Positions 25,298 to 40,200 of a DNA stretch of 64,000 nt are shown in pieces (position 1 is the stretch's first letter; each line of letters opens with the position of its first letter). The stretch covers positions 307,148,001 to 307,212,000 of the forward strand of contig OZ024742.1 in the NCBI GenBank assembly GCA_964016885.1, in the 5' to 3' direction. This DNA is from Eledone cirrhosa. Taxonomy: Eukaryota. The position numbers were made by a program, and so were the translations under genes. A model generated the notes under the pieces. It ran no database searches. It was not told the DNA's origin and saw only the letters and a program-made list of their open reading frames with translations.

Positions 25298-28200
25298 GGG
25301 TTAACAGAGTGTAAGATTTCACTAATAGTGTATAATGTGTTGATGACAGAGTATTATGTATTATTAACAGGATATTATGTATAGTTCACAGAGAGTTATG
25401 TATAGTTAACAGAGTTATTTATAGTTAACAGAGAGTTATATATAGTTAACAGAGTGTTATGTATAGTTAACAGGGTGTTATGTATAGTTAACAGTGTTAT
25501 GTATGTTAACTATACATAACACCTTGTTGACTATACATAACACTTAACTATACATAACACCCTGTTACCTATACATAACACCCTGTTAACTATACATAAC
25601 ACCCTGTTAACTATACATAACACTGTTAACTATACATAACACCGTTAACTATACATAACACCCTGTTAAATATACATAACACTGTTAACTATACATAACA
25701 CTGTTAACTATACATAACACCCTGTTAAATATACGTAACACCCTGTTAACTATACGTAACACCCTGTTAAATATACATAACACTGTTAACATACATAACA
25801 CTGTTAACTATACATAACACCGTTAACTATACATAACACCCTGTTAACTATCCATAACACTGTTAACTATACATAACTCTGTTAACTATACATAACACCT
25901 TGTTAACTAGAGTGTTATGTATAGTTAACAGTGGTATGTATAGTTAACAGGGTGTTATGTATAGTTAACAGAGTGTTATGTATAGTTAACAGTGTTATAT
26001 ATAGTTAACAGAGTGTTATGTATAGTTAACAGAGTTTTATGTATAGTTTTCAGTGTTATGTAAAGTTAACAGTGTTATGTATAGTTAACAGTGTTATGTA
26101 TAGTTAACAGTGTTATGTATAGTTAACAGAGTTATGTATAGTTAACAGAGCTATGTATAGTTAACAGTGCTATGTATAGTTAACAGTGTTATGTATAGTT
26201 AACAGTGTTATATATAGTTAACAGAGTTATTTATAGTTAACAGTGCTATGTATAGTTAACAGTGTTATGTATAGTTAACAGTGTTATGTATAGTTAACAG
26301 TGCTATGTATAGTTAACAGTGTTATGTATAGTTAACAGGGTGTTATGTATAGTTAACAGGGTGTTATGTATAGTTAACAGTGTTATGTATATTTAACAGG
26401 GTGTTATGTATAGGTAACAGGGTGTTATGTATAGTTAACAGAGTGTTATGTATAGTTAATAGTGTCATGTATAGTTAACAGTGTTATGTATAGTTAACAG
26501 TGTTATGTATAGTTAACAGTGCTATGTATAGTTAACAGTGTTATGTATAGTTAACAGGGTGTTATGTATAGTTAACAGTGTTACGTATAGTTAACAGTGT
26601 TATGTATAGTTAACAGGGTGTTACGTATAGTTAACGGTGTTATGTATAGTTTACAGTGTTATGTAAAGTTAACAGTGGTAAGTATAGTTAACAGTGTTAT
26701 GTATAGTTAACAGTGTTATGTATAGTTAACAGTGCTATGTATAGTTAACAGGGTGTTATGTACAGTTAACAGTGTTATGTATAGTTAACAGGGTGTTAAG
26801 TATAGTTAACAGTGTTATGTATAGTTAACAGTGCTATGTATAGTTTACAGTGTTATGTAAAGTTAACAGTGGTAAGTATAGTTAACAGTGTTATGTATAG
26901 TTAACAGTGTTATGTATAGTTAACAGTGTTATGTATAGTTAACAGTGCTATGTATAGTTAACAGTGTTACGTTTAGTTCACAGTGTTATGTATAGTTAAC
27001 AGTGCTATGTATAGTTAACAGGGTGTTATGTATAGTTAACAGTGTTATGTATAGTTAACAGGGTGTTATGTATAGTTAACAGGGTGTTATGTATAGTTAA
27101 CAGTGTTATGTATATTTAACAGGGTGTTATGTATAGTTAACAGGGTGTTATGTATAGTTAACAGAGTGTTATGTATAGTTAATAGTGTTATGTATAGTTA
27201 ACAGTGTTATGTATAGTTAACAGTGTTATGTATAGTTAACAGTGTTATGTATAGTTAACAGGGTGTTATGTATAGTTAACAGTGTTATGTATAGTTAACA
27301 GTGTTATGTATAGTTAACAGGGTGTTATGTATAGTTAACAGTGTTATGTATAGTTAACAGGGTGTTATGTATAGTTAACAGTGTTATGTATAGTTGACAG
27401 TGCTATGTATAGTTAACAGTGTTATGTATAGTTAACAGTGTTATGTATAGTTAACAGTGCTATGTATAGTTAACAGTGCTATGTATAGTTAACAGTGCTA
27501 TGTATAGTTAACAGGGTGTTATGTATAGTTAACAGGGTGTTATGTATAGTTAACAGTGTTATGTATAGTTAACAGTGTTACGTATAGTTAACAGTGTTAT
27601 GTATAGTTAACAGGGTGTTACGTATAGTTTACAGTGTTATGTATAGTTAACAGTGGTAAGTATAGTTAACAGTGTTATGTATAGTTAACAGTGTTATGTA
27701 TAGTCAACAGTGTTATGTATAGTTAACAGTGCTATGTATAGTTAACAGGGTGTTATGTATAGTTAACAGTGTTATGTATAGTTAACAGGGTGTTATGTAT
27801 AGTTAACAGTGTTATGTATAGTTAACAGTGTTATGTATAGTTAACAGTGTTATGTATAGTTAACGGTGTTATGTATAGTTAACAGTGTTATGTATAGTTA
27901 ACAGTGTTATGTAGAGTTAACAGTGTTATGAATAGTTAACAGTGGTATGTATAGTTAACAATGTTATGTATAGTTAACAGTGTTATGTATGTTAACTATA
28001 CATAACACCTTGTTAACTATACATAACACTTAACTATACATAACACTGTTAACTATACATAACACTCTGTTAACTATACATAACACCGTTAATTATACAT
28101 AACACTGTTAACTATACATAACACTGTTAACTATACATAACGCTGTTAACTATACATAACACTGTTAACTATACATAACACCGTTAACTATACATAACGT

Positions 28201-31200
28201 CCTGTTAACTATCCATAACACTTCGTTAACTATACATAACTCTCTGTTAACTATACATAACACTCTGTTAACTAGAGTGTTATGTATAGTTAATAGGGTT
28301 ATGTATAGTTAACAGTGTTATGTATAGTTAACAGTGCTATGTATAGTTAACAGGGTGTTATGTATAGTTAACAGTGTTATGTATAGTTAACAGTGCTATG
28401 TATAGTTAACAGTGCTATGTATAGTTAACAGGGTGTTATGTATAGTTAACAGGGTGTTATGTATGTTAACTATACATAACATCTTGTTGACTATACATAA
28501 CACTGTTAACTATACATAACACCCTGTTAACTATACATAACACCGTTAACTATACATAACACCCTGTTAACTATACATAATACTGTTAACTATACATAAC
28601 ACCCTGTTAACTATACATAACACCCTGTTAAATATACATAACACTCTGTTAACTATACATAACTCTCTGTTAACTATACATAACACCTTGTTAATTAGAA
28701 TGTTATGTATAGTTAACAGTGTTATGTATAGTTAATAGAGTTATGTATAGTTAACAGGGTGTTATGTATAGTTAACAGAGTGTTATGTATAGCTAAAAGA
28801 GTGTTATGTATAGTTAACAGTGTTATATATAGTTAACAGAGTGTTATGTATAGTTAACAGTGTTTTGTATAGTTAACAGTGTTATGTATATTTAACAGGG
28901 TGTTACGTATAGTTAACAGAGTTTTATGTATAGTTTACAGTGTTATGTAAAGTTAACAGTGGTAAGTATAGTTAACAGTGTTATGTATAGTTAACAGTGT
29001 TATGTATAGTTAATAGTGTTATGTATAGTTAACAGTTCTATGTATAGTTAACAGTGTTATGCATAGTTAACAGTGTTATGTAGAGTTAACAGTGCTATGT
29101 ATAGTTAACAGGGTGTTATGTATGGTTAACAGTGTTATGTATAGTTAACAGTGTTATGTATAGTTAAAAGGGTGTTATGTATAGTTAACAGGGTGTTATG
29201 TATACTTAACAGTGTTATGTATATTTAACAGGGTGTTATGTATAGTTAACGGTGTTATGTATAGTTTACAGTGTTATGTAAAGTTAACAGTGGTAAGTAT
29301 AGTTAAGAGTGTTATGTATAGTTAACAGTGTTATGTATAGTTAACAGTGTTATGTATAGTTAACAGTGCTATGTATAGTTAACAGGGTGTAATGTATAGT
29401 TAACAGTGTTATGTATAGTTAACAGTGTTATGTATAGTTAATAGTGTTATGTATAGTTAACAGTTCTATGTATAGTTAACAGTGTTATGCATAGTTAACA
29501 GTGTTATGTAGAGTTAACAGTGCTATGTATAGTTAACAGGGTGTTATGTATGGTTAACAGTGTTATGTATAGTTAACAGTGTTATGTATAGTTAAAAGGG
29601 TGTTATGTATAGTTAACAGGGTGTTATGTATACTTAACAGTGTTATGTATATTTAACAGGGTGTTATGTATAGTTAACGGTGTTATGTATAGTTTACAGT
29701 GTTATGTAAAGTTAACAGTGGTAAGTATAGTTAAGAGTGTTATGTATAGTTAACAGTGTTATGTATAGTTAACAGTGTTATGTATAGTTAACAGTGCTAT
29801 GTATAGTTAACAGGGTGTAATGTATAGTTAACAGTGTTATGTATAGTTAACAGTGTTATGTATAGTTAACAGTGTTATGTATAGTTAACAGTGTTATGTA
29901 TAGTTAACAGTGTTATGTATAGTTAACAGTGTTATGTATAGTTAACAGTGTTATTTATAGTTAACAGTGTTATGAATAGTTAACAATGTTATGTATAGTT
30001 AACATGGTGTTATGTATAGTTAACAGTGTTATGTATGTTAACTATACATAACACCTTGTTGACTATACATAACACTTAACTATACATAACACTGTTAACT
30101 ATACATAACACCCTGTTAACTATACATAACACCCTGTTAACTATACATAACACGCCGTTAACTATACATAACACTCTGTTAACTATACATAACACATTGT
30201 TAACTAGAGTGTTATGTATAGTTAACAGTGTTATATATAGTTGATAGGGTTATGTATAGTTAACAGTGTTATGTATAGTTAACAGTGCTATGTATAGTTA
30301 ACAGGGTGTTATGTATAGTTAACAGTGTTATGTATATTTAACAGGCTGTTATGTATAGGTAACAGGGTGTTATGTATAGTTAACAGTGTTATGTATAGTT
30401 AACAGTGTTATGTATAGTTAACAGTGTTATGTATAGTTAACAGAGGTTATGTATAGTTAACAGGGTGTTACATATAGTTAACGGTGTTATGTATAGTTAA
30501 CAGAGTTATGTATAGTTAACAGTGCTATGTATAGTTAACAGTGTTATGTATAGTTAACAGTGTTATGTATAGTTAACAGTGCTATGTATAGTTAACAGGG
30601 TGTTATGTATAGTTAACAGTGTTATGTATAGTTAACAGGGTGTTATGTATAGTTAACAGTGTTATGTATATTTAACAGGGTGTTATGTGTAGGTAACAGG
30701 GTGTTATGTATAGTTAACAGAGTGTTATGTATAGTTAATCGTGTTATGTATAGTTAACAGTGTTATGTATAGTTAACAGTGCTATGTATAGTTAGCAGTG
30801 TGTTATGTATAGTTAACAGTGTTATGTATAGTTAACAGTGTTATGTATAGTTAACAGGGTGTTACGTATAGTTAACAGGGTGTTACGTATAGTTAACGGT
30901 GTTATGTATAGTTTACAGTGTTATGTAAAGTTAACAGTGGTAAGTATAGTTAACAGTGTTATGTATAATTAACAGTGTTATGTATAGTTAACAGTGTTAT
31001 GTATAGTTAACAGTGCTATGTATAGTTAACAGGGTGTTATGTACAGTTAACAGTGTTATGTATAGTTAACAGGGTGTTATGTATAGTTAACAGTGTTATG
31101 TATAGTTAACAGGGTGTTATGTATAGTTAACAGTGTTATGTATAGTTAACAGTGTTATGTATAGTTAACAGGGTGTTATGTATAGTTAACAGGGTGTTAT

Positions 31201-34200
31201 GTATAGTTAACAGTGTTATGTATATTTAACAGGGTGTTATGTATAGTTAACAGGGTGTTATGTATAGTTAACAGAGTGTTATGTATAGTTAATAGTGTTA
31301 TGTATAGTTAACAGTGTTATGTATAGTTAACAGTGTTATGTATAGTTAACAGTGTTATGTATAGTTAACAGTGCTATGTATAGTTAACAGGGTGTTATGT
31401 ATAGTTAACAGGGTGTTACGTATAGTTAACGGTGTTATGTATAGTTTACAGTGTTATGTAAAGTTAACAGTGATACGTATAGTTAACAGTGTTATGTATA
31501 GATAACAGTGTTATGTATAGTTAACAGTGTTATGTATAGTTAACAGTGTTATGTATAGTTAACAGGGTGTTACGTATAGTTAACGGTGTTATGTATAGTT
31601 TAAAGTGTTATGTAAAGTTAACAGTGGTAAGTATAGTTAACAGTGTTATGTATAGTTAACAGTGTTATGTATAGTTAACAGTGCTATGTATCGGTAACAG
31701 GGTGTCATGTATAGTTAACAGTGTTATGTATAGTTAACAGGGTGTTATGTATAGTTAACAGTGTTATGTATAGTTAACAGTGTTATGTATAGTTAACAAT
31801 GCTATGTATAGTTTACAGTGTTATGTAAAGTTAACAGTGGTAAGTATAGTTAACAGTGTTATGTATAGTTAACAGTGTTATGTATAGTTAACAGTGTTAT
31901 GTATAGTTAACAGTGCTATGTATAGTTAACAGTGCTATGTATAGTTAACAGTGTTACGTATAGTTAACAGAGTTATGTATAGTTAACAGTGCTATGTATA
32001 GTTAACAGGGTGTTATGTATAGTTAACAGTGTTATGTATAGTTAACAGGGTGTTATGTATAGTTAACAGGGTGTTATGTATAGTTAACAGGGTGTTATGT
32101 ATAGTTAACAGTGTTATGTATAATTAACAGGGTGTTATGTATAGTTAACAGGGTGTTATGTATAGTTAACAGAGTGTTATGTATAGTTAATAGTGTTATG
32201 TATAGTTAACAGTGTTATGTATAGTTAACAGTGTTATGTATAGTTAAGAGGGTGTTATGTATAGTTAACAGTGGTAAGTATAGTTAACAGTGTTATGTAT
32301 AGTTAACAGTGTTATGTATAGTCAACAGTGTTATGTACAGTTAACAGTGCTATGTATAGTTAACAGGGTGTTATGTATAGTTAACAGTGTTATGTATAGT
32401 TAACAGGGTGTTATGTAAAGTTAAGTGTTATGTATAGTTAACAGTGTTATGTATAGTTAACAGTGCTATGTATAGTTTACAGTGTTATGTAAAGTTAACA
32501 GTGGTAAGTATATTTAACAGTGTTATGTATAGTTAACAGTGTTATGTATAGTTAACAGTGTTATGTATAGTTAACAGTGTTATGTATATTTAACAGGGTG
32601 TTATGTATATTTAACAGGGTGTTATGTATAGTTAACAGGGTGTTATGTATAGTTAACAGTGTTATGTATAGTTAACAGGGTGTTATGTATAGTTAACAGG
32701 GTGTTATGTATAGTTAACAGTGTTATGTATATTTAACAGGGTGTTATGTATAGTTAACAGGGTGTTACGTATAGTTAACGGTGTTATGTATAGTTTACAG
32801 TGTTATGTATAGTTAACAGTGGTAAGTATAGTTAACAGGGTGTTATGTATAGTTAACAGGGTGTTATGTATAGTTAACAGTGTTATGTATAGTCAACAGT
32901 GTTATGTATAGTTATCAGTGCTATGTATAGTTAACAGGGTGCTATGTATAGTTAACAGTGTTATGTATAGTTAACAGGGTGTTATGTATAGTTAACAGTG
33001 TTATGTATAGTTAACAGAGTTATGTATAGTTAACAGTGTTATGTATAGTTAACAGTGGTATGTATAGTTAACAGTGGTATGTATAGTTAACAGTGTTATG
33101 TATAGTTAACAGTGTTATGTAAAGTTAACAGTGTTATGAATAGTTAACAATGTTATGTATAGTTAACAATGTTATGTATAGTTAACAGTGTTATGTATGT
33201 TAACTATACATAACACCTTGTTGACTATACATAACACTTAACTATACATAACACTGTTAACTATACATAACACTCTGTTAACTATACATAACACCCTGTT
33301 AACTATACATAACACCGTTAACTATACATAACACCGTTAACTATACATAACACTGTTAACTATACATAACACTGTTAACTATACATAACACTGTTAACTA
33401 TACATATCACTGTTAACTATACATAACACTGTTAACTATACTTAACACTGTTAACTATACATAACACTGTTAACTATACATAACACCGTTAACTATAGGT
33501 AACACCCTGTTAACTATACGTAACACCCTGTTAACTATACATAACACTGTTAACTATACATAACACGGTTAACTATACATAACACCCTGTTAACTATCCA
33601 TAACACTCCGTTAACTATACATAACTCTCTGTTAACTATACATAACACCCTGTTAACTAGAGTGTTATGTATAGTTAATAGGGTTATGTATAGTTAACAG
33701 TGTTATGTATAGTTAACAGTGCTATGTATAGTTAACAGGGTGTTATGTATAGTTAACAGTGTTATGTATAGTTAAGAGGGTGTTATGTATAGTTAACAGG
33801 GTGTTATGTATAGTTAACAGGGTGTTATGTATAGTTAACAGGGTGTTATGTATAGTTAACAGTGTTATGTATAGTGAAGAGGGTGTTATGTATAGTTAAC
33901 AGTGTTATGTATGTTAACTATACATAACACCTTGTTGACTATACATAACACTGTTATGTATAGTTAACAGTGTTATGTATAGTTAACAGGGTGTTATGTA
34001 TAGTTAACAGTGTTATGTATAGTTAACAGTGTTATGAATAGTTAACAATGTTATGTATAGTTAACAATGTTATGTATAGTTAACAATGTTATGTATAGTT
34101 AACAATGTTATGTATAGTTAACAGGGTGTTATGTATAGTTAACAGTGTTATGTATGTTAACTATACATAACACTTAACTATACATAACACTGTTAACTAT

Positions 34201-37200
34201 ACATAACACTCTGTTAACTATACATAACACCCTGTTAACTATACATAACACCCTGTTAACTATACATAACACCCCGTTAACTATACATAACACCCTGTTA
34301 ACTATACATAACCCTGTTACCTATACATAACACTGTTAACTATACATAACCCTATTAACTATACATAACACCGTTAACTATACATAACACCCTGTTAACT
34401 ATCCATAACACTGTTAACTATACATAACCCTATTAACTATACATAACACCGTTAACTATACATAACACCCTGTTAACTATCCATAACACTGTTAACTATA
34501 CATAACTCTCTGTTAACTATACATAACACTCTGTTAACTATACATAACACATTGTTAACTAGAGTGTTATGTGTAGTTAACAGTGTTATGTATAGTTAAT
34601 AGGGTTATGTATAGTTAACAGTGTTATGTATAGTTAACAGTGCTATGTATAGTTAACAGTGCTATGTATAGTTAACAGGGTGTTATGTATAATTAACAGG
34701 GTGTTATGTATAGTTAACAGAGTGTTAAGTATAGTTAACAGTGTTATGTGTAGTTAACAGTGTTATGTATAGTTAACAGTGTTATGTATAGTTAACATAG
34801 TGTTATGTATAGTTAACAGTGTTATGTATAGTTAACAGTGTTATGTATAGTTAACAGGGTGTTATGTATAGTTAACAGGGTGTTACATATAGTTAACGGT
34901 GTTATGTATAGTTTACAGTGTTATGTAAAGTTAACAGTGGTAAGTATAGTTAACAGTGTTATGTATAGTTAACAGTGTTATGTATATTTAACAGTTATAT
35001 ATATAGTTAACAGGGTGTTATGTATAGTTAACAGTGTTATGTATAGTTAACAGGGTATTATGTATAGTTAACAGTGTTATGTACAGTTAACAGTGTTATG
35101 TATAGTTAACAGTGTTATGTATAGTTAACAGTGTTATGTATAGTTAACAGTGTTATGAATAGTTAACAATGTTATGTATAGTTAACAGTGTTATGTATAG
35201 TTAACAGTGTTATGTATAGTTAACAGTGTTATGTATAGTTAACAGTGTTATGAATAGTTAACAGTGTTATGAATAGTTAACAATGTTATGTATAGTTAAC
35301 AGTGTTATGTATGTTAACTATACATAACACCTTGTTGACTATACATAACACTGTTAACTATACATAACACTCTGTTAACTATACATAACACCCTGTTAAC
35401 TATACATAACACACTGTTAACTATACATAACACCCTGTTAACTATACATAACACGCCGTTAACTATACATAACACCCTGTTAACTATACATAAACCTGTT
35501 ACCTATACATAACACTGTTAACTATACATAACACTGTTAACTATACATAACACCGTTAACTATACATAACACCCTGTTAACTATCCATAACACTGTTAAC
35601 TATACATAACACCGTTAACTATACATAACACCCTGTTAACTATCCATAACACTGTTAACTATACATAACTCTCTGTTAACTATACATAACACTCTGTTAA
35701 CTATACATAACACATTGTTAACTAGAGTGTTATGTATAGTTAACAGTGTTATATATAGTTGATAGGGTTATGTATAGTTAACAGTGTTATGTATAGTTAA
35801 CAGTGCTATGTATAGTTAACAGGGTGTTATGTATAGTTAACAGGGTGTTATGTATAGTTAACAGTGTTATGTATATTTAACAGGCTGTTATGTATAGTTA
35901 ACAGGGTGTTATGTATAGTTAACAGAGTGTTATGTATAGTTAATAGTGTTATGTATAGTTAACAGTGTTATGTATAGTTAACAGTGTTATGTATAGTTAA
36001 CAGGGTGTTATGTATAGTTAACAGGGTGTTATGTATAGTTAACAGTGTTATGTATAGTTAACAGTGTTATGTATAGTTAACAGTGTTATGTATAGTTAAC
36101 AGAGGTTATGTATAGTTAACAGGGTGTTACATATAGTTAACGGTGTTATGTATAGTTAACAGAGTTATGTATAGTTAACAGTGCTATGTATAGTTAACAG
36201 TGTTATGTATAGTTAACAGTGTTATGTATAGTTAACAGTGCTATGTATAGTTAACAGGGTGTTATGTATAGTTAACAGTGTTATGTATAGTTAACAGGGT
36301 GTTATGTATAGTTACAGTGTTATGTATATTTAACAGGGTGTTATGTATAGGTAACAGGGTGTTATGTATAGTTAACAGAGTGTTATGTATAGTTAATAGT
36401 GTTATGTATAGTTAACAGTGTTATGTATAGTTAACAGTGTTATGTATAGTTAACAGTGTTATGTATAGTTAACAGTGTTATGTATAGTTAACAGGGTGTT
36501 ATGTATAGTTAACAGTGTTATGTATAGTTAACAGTGTTATGTATAGTTAACAGTGTTATGTATAGTTAACAGGGTGTTACGTATAGTTAACGGTGTTATG
36601 TATAGTTTACAGTGTTATGTAAAGTTAACAGTGGTAAGTATAGTTAACAGTGTTATGTATATTTAACAGTGTTATGTATAGTTAACAGTGTTATGTATAG
36701 TTAACAGTGTTATGTATATTTAACAGTGCTATATATAGTTAACAGGGTGTTATGTATAGTTAACAGTGTTATGTATAGTTAACAGGGTATTATGTATAGT
36801 TAACAGTGTTATGTACAGTTAACAGTGTTATGTATAGCTAACAGTGTTATGTATAGTTAACAGTGTTATGTATAGTTAACAGTGTTATGAATAGTTAACA
36901 GTGTTATGTATAGTTAACAGTGTTATGTATAGTTAACAGTGTTATGTATAGTTAACAGTGTTATGTATAGTTAACAGTGTTATGAATAGTTAACAATGTT
37001 ATGTATAGTTAACATGGTGTTATGTATAGTTAACAGTGTTATGTATGTTAACTATACATAACACCTTGTTGACTATACATAACACTGTTTACTATACATA
37101 ACACTCTGTTAACTATACATAACACCCTATTAACTATACATAACACCCTGTTAACTATACATAACACTGTTAACATACATAACACTGTTAACTATACATA

Positions 37201-40200
37201 ACACCCTGCTAACTATACACAACACCCTGTTAACTATCCATAACACTCTGTTAACTATACATAACTCTCTGTTAACTATACATAACACCTTGTTAACTAG
37301 AGTGTTATGTATAGTTAACAGTGTTATGTATAGTTAATAGGGTTATGTATAGTAAACAGGGTGTTATGTATAGTAAACAGAGTGTTATGTATAGTTAACA
37401 GAGTGTTATGTATAGTTAACAGTGTTATGTATAGTTAACAGGGTATTATGTATAGTTAACAGTGTTATGTACAGTTAACAGTGTTATATATAGTTAACAG
37501 TGTTATGTATAGTTAACAGTGTTATGTATAGTTAACAGTGTTATGAATAGTTAACAGTGTTATGTATAGTTAACAGAGTGTTATGTATAGTTAATAGTGT
37601 TATGTATAGTTAACAGTGTTATGTATAGTTAACGGTGCTATGTATAGTTAACAGTGTTATGTATAGTTAACAGGGTGTTATGTATAGTTAACAGTGTTAT
37701 GTATAGTTAACAGTGTTATGTATAGTTAACAGGGTGTTACGTATAGTTAACGGTGTTATGTATAGTTTACAGTGTTACGTAAAGTTAACAGTGGTAAGTA
37801 TAGTTAACAGTGTTATGTATATTTAACAGTGTTATGTATAGTTAACAGTGTTATGTATAGTTAACAGTGTTATGTATAGTTAACAGTGCTATGTATAGTT
37901 AACAGGGTGTTATGTACAGTTAACAGTGTTATGTATAGTTAACAGGGTGTTATGTATAGTTAACAGTGTTATGTATAGTTAACAGGGTGTTATGTATAGT
38001 TAACAGTGTTATGTATAGTTAACAGTGTTATGTATAGTTAACAGGGTGTTATGTATAGTTAACAGGGTGTTATGTATAGTTAACAGTGTTATGTACATTT
38101 AACAGGGTGTTATGTATAGTTAACAGGGTGTTATGTATAGTTAACAGAGTGTTATGTATAGTTAATAGTGTTATGTATAGTTAACAGTGTTATGTATAGT
38201 TAACAGTGTTATGTATAGTTAACAGTGTTATGTATAGTTAACAGTGCTATGTATAGTTAACAGGGTGTTATGTATAGTTAACAGGGTGTTACGTATAGTT
38301 AACGGTGTTATGTATAGTTTACAGTGTTATGTAAAGTTAACAGTGATACGTATAGTTAACAGTGTTATGTATAGATAACAGTGTTATGTATAGTTAACAG
38401 TGTTATGTATAGTTAACAGTGTTATGTATAGTTAACAGGGTGTTACGTATAGTTAACGGTGTTATGTATAGTTTACAGTGTTATGTAAAGTTAACAGTGG
38501 TAAGTATAGTTAACAGTGTTATGTATAGTTAACAGTGTTATGTATAGTTAACAGTGCTATGTATAGGTAACAGGGTGTCATGTATAGTTAACAGTGTTAT
38601 GTATAGTTAACAGGGTGTTATGTATAGTTAACAGTGTTATGTATAGTTAACAGTGTTATGTATAGTTAACAATGCTATGTATAGTTTACAGTGTTATGTA
38701 AAGTTAACAGTGGTAAGTATAGTTAACAGTGTTATGTATAGTTAACAGTGTTATGTATAGTTAACAGTGTTATGTATAGTTAACAGTGCTATGTATAGTT
38801 AACAGTGCTATGTATAGTTAACAGTGTTACGTATAGTTAACAGTGTTATGTATAGTTAACAGGGTGTTATGTATAGTTAACAGTGTTATGTATAGTTAAC
38901 AGGGTGTTATGTATAGTTAACAGGGTGTTATGTATAGTTAACAGGGTGTTATGTATAGTTAACAGTGTTATGTATAATTAACAGGGTGTTATGTATAGTT
39001 AACAGGGTGTTATGTATAGTTAACAGAGTGTTATGTATAGTTAATAGTGTTATGTATAGTTAATAGTGTTATGTATAGTTAACAGTGTTATGTATAGTTA
39101 ACAGTGTTATGTATAGTTAAGAGGGTGTTATGTATAGTTAACAGTGTTATGTATAGTTAACAGTGTTATGTATAGTTAACAGTGTTATGTATAGTTAACA
39201 GGGTGTTACGTATAGTTAACGGTGTTATGTATAGTTTACAGTGTTATGTATAGTTAACAGTGGTAAGTATAGTTAACAGTGTTATGTATAGTTAACAGTG
39301 TTATGTATAGTCAACAGTGTTATGTATAGTTAACAGTGCTATGTATAGTTAACAGGGTGTTATGTATAGTTAACAGTGTTATGTATAGTTAACAGGGTGT
39401 TATGTAAAGTTAACAGTGTTATGTATAGTTAACAGTGTTATGTATAGTTAACAGTGCTATGTATAGTTTACAGTGTTATGTAAAGTTAACAGTGGTAAGT
39501 ATATTTAACAGTGTTATGTATAGTTAACAGTGTTATGTATAGTTAACAGTGTTATGTATAGCTAACAGTGTTATGTATAGTTAACAGTGTTATGTATAGT
39601 TAACAGTGCTATGTATAGTTAACAGTGGTATGTATAGTTAACAGTGCTATGTATAGTTAACAGGGTGTTATGTATAGTTAACAGTGTTATGTATAGTTAA
39701 CAGGGTGTTATCTATAGTTAACAGGGTGTTATGTATAGTTAACAGTGTTATGTATATTTAACAGGGTGTTATGTATAGTTAACAGGGTGTTACGTATAGT
39801 TAACGGTGTTATGTATAGTTTACAGTGTTATGTATAGTTAACAGTGGTAAGTATAGTTAAAAGTGTTATGTATAGTTAACAGTGTTATGTATAGTCAACA
39901 GTGTTATGTATAGTTATCAGTGCTATGTATAGTTAACAGGGTGCTATGTATAGTTAACAGTGTTATGTATAGTTAACAGGGTGTTATGTATAGTTAACAG
40001 GGTGTTATGTATAGTTAACAGTGCTATGTATAGTTAACAGTGTTATGTATAGTTAACAGTGTTATGTATAGTTAACAGTGTTATGTATAGTTAACAGTGG
40101 TATGTATAGTTAACAGTGGTATGTATAGTTAAAAGTGTTATGTATAGTTAACAGTGTTATGTAGAGTTAACAGTGTTATGAATAGTTAACAATGTTATGT

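Noticed and set aside
25276-25322. N-terminal part of ORF 25122-25322 as coding
   Set aside because: Lies upstream of the AG acceptor; it is intron pyrimidine tract and satellite edge
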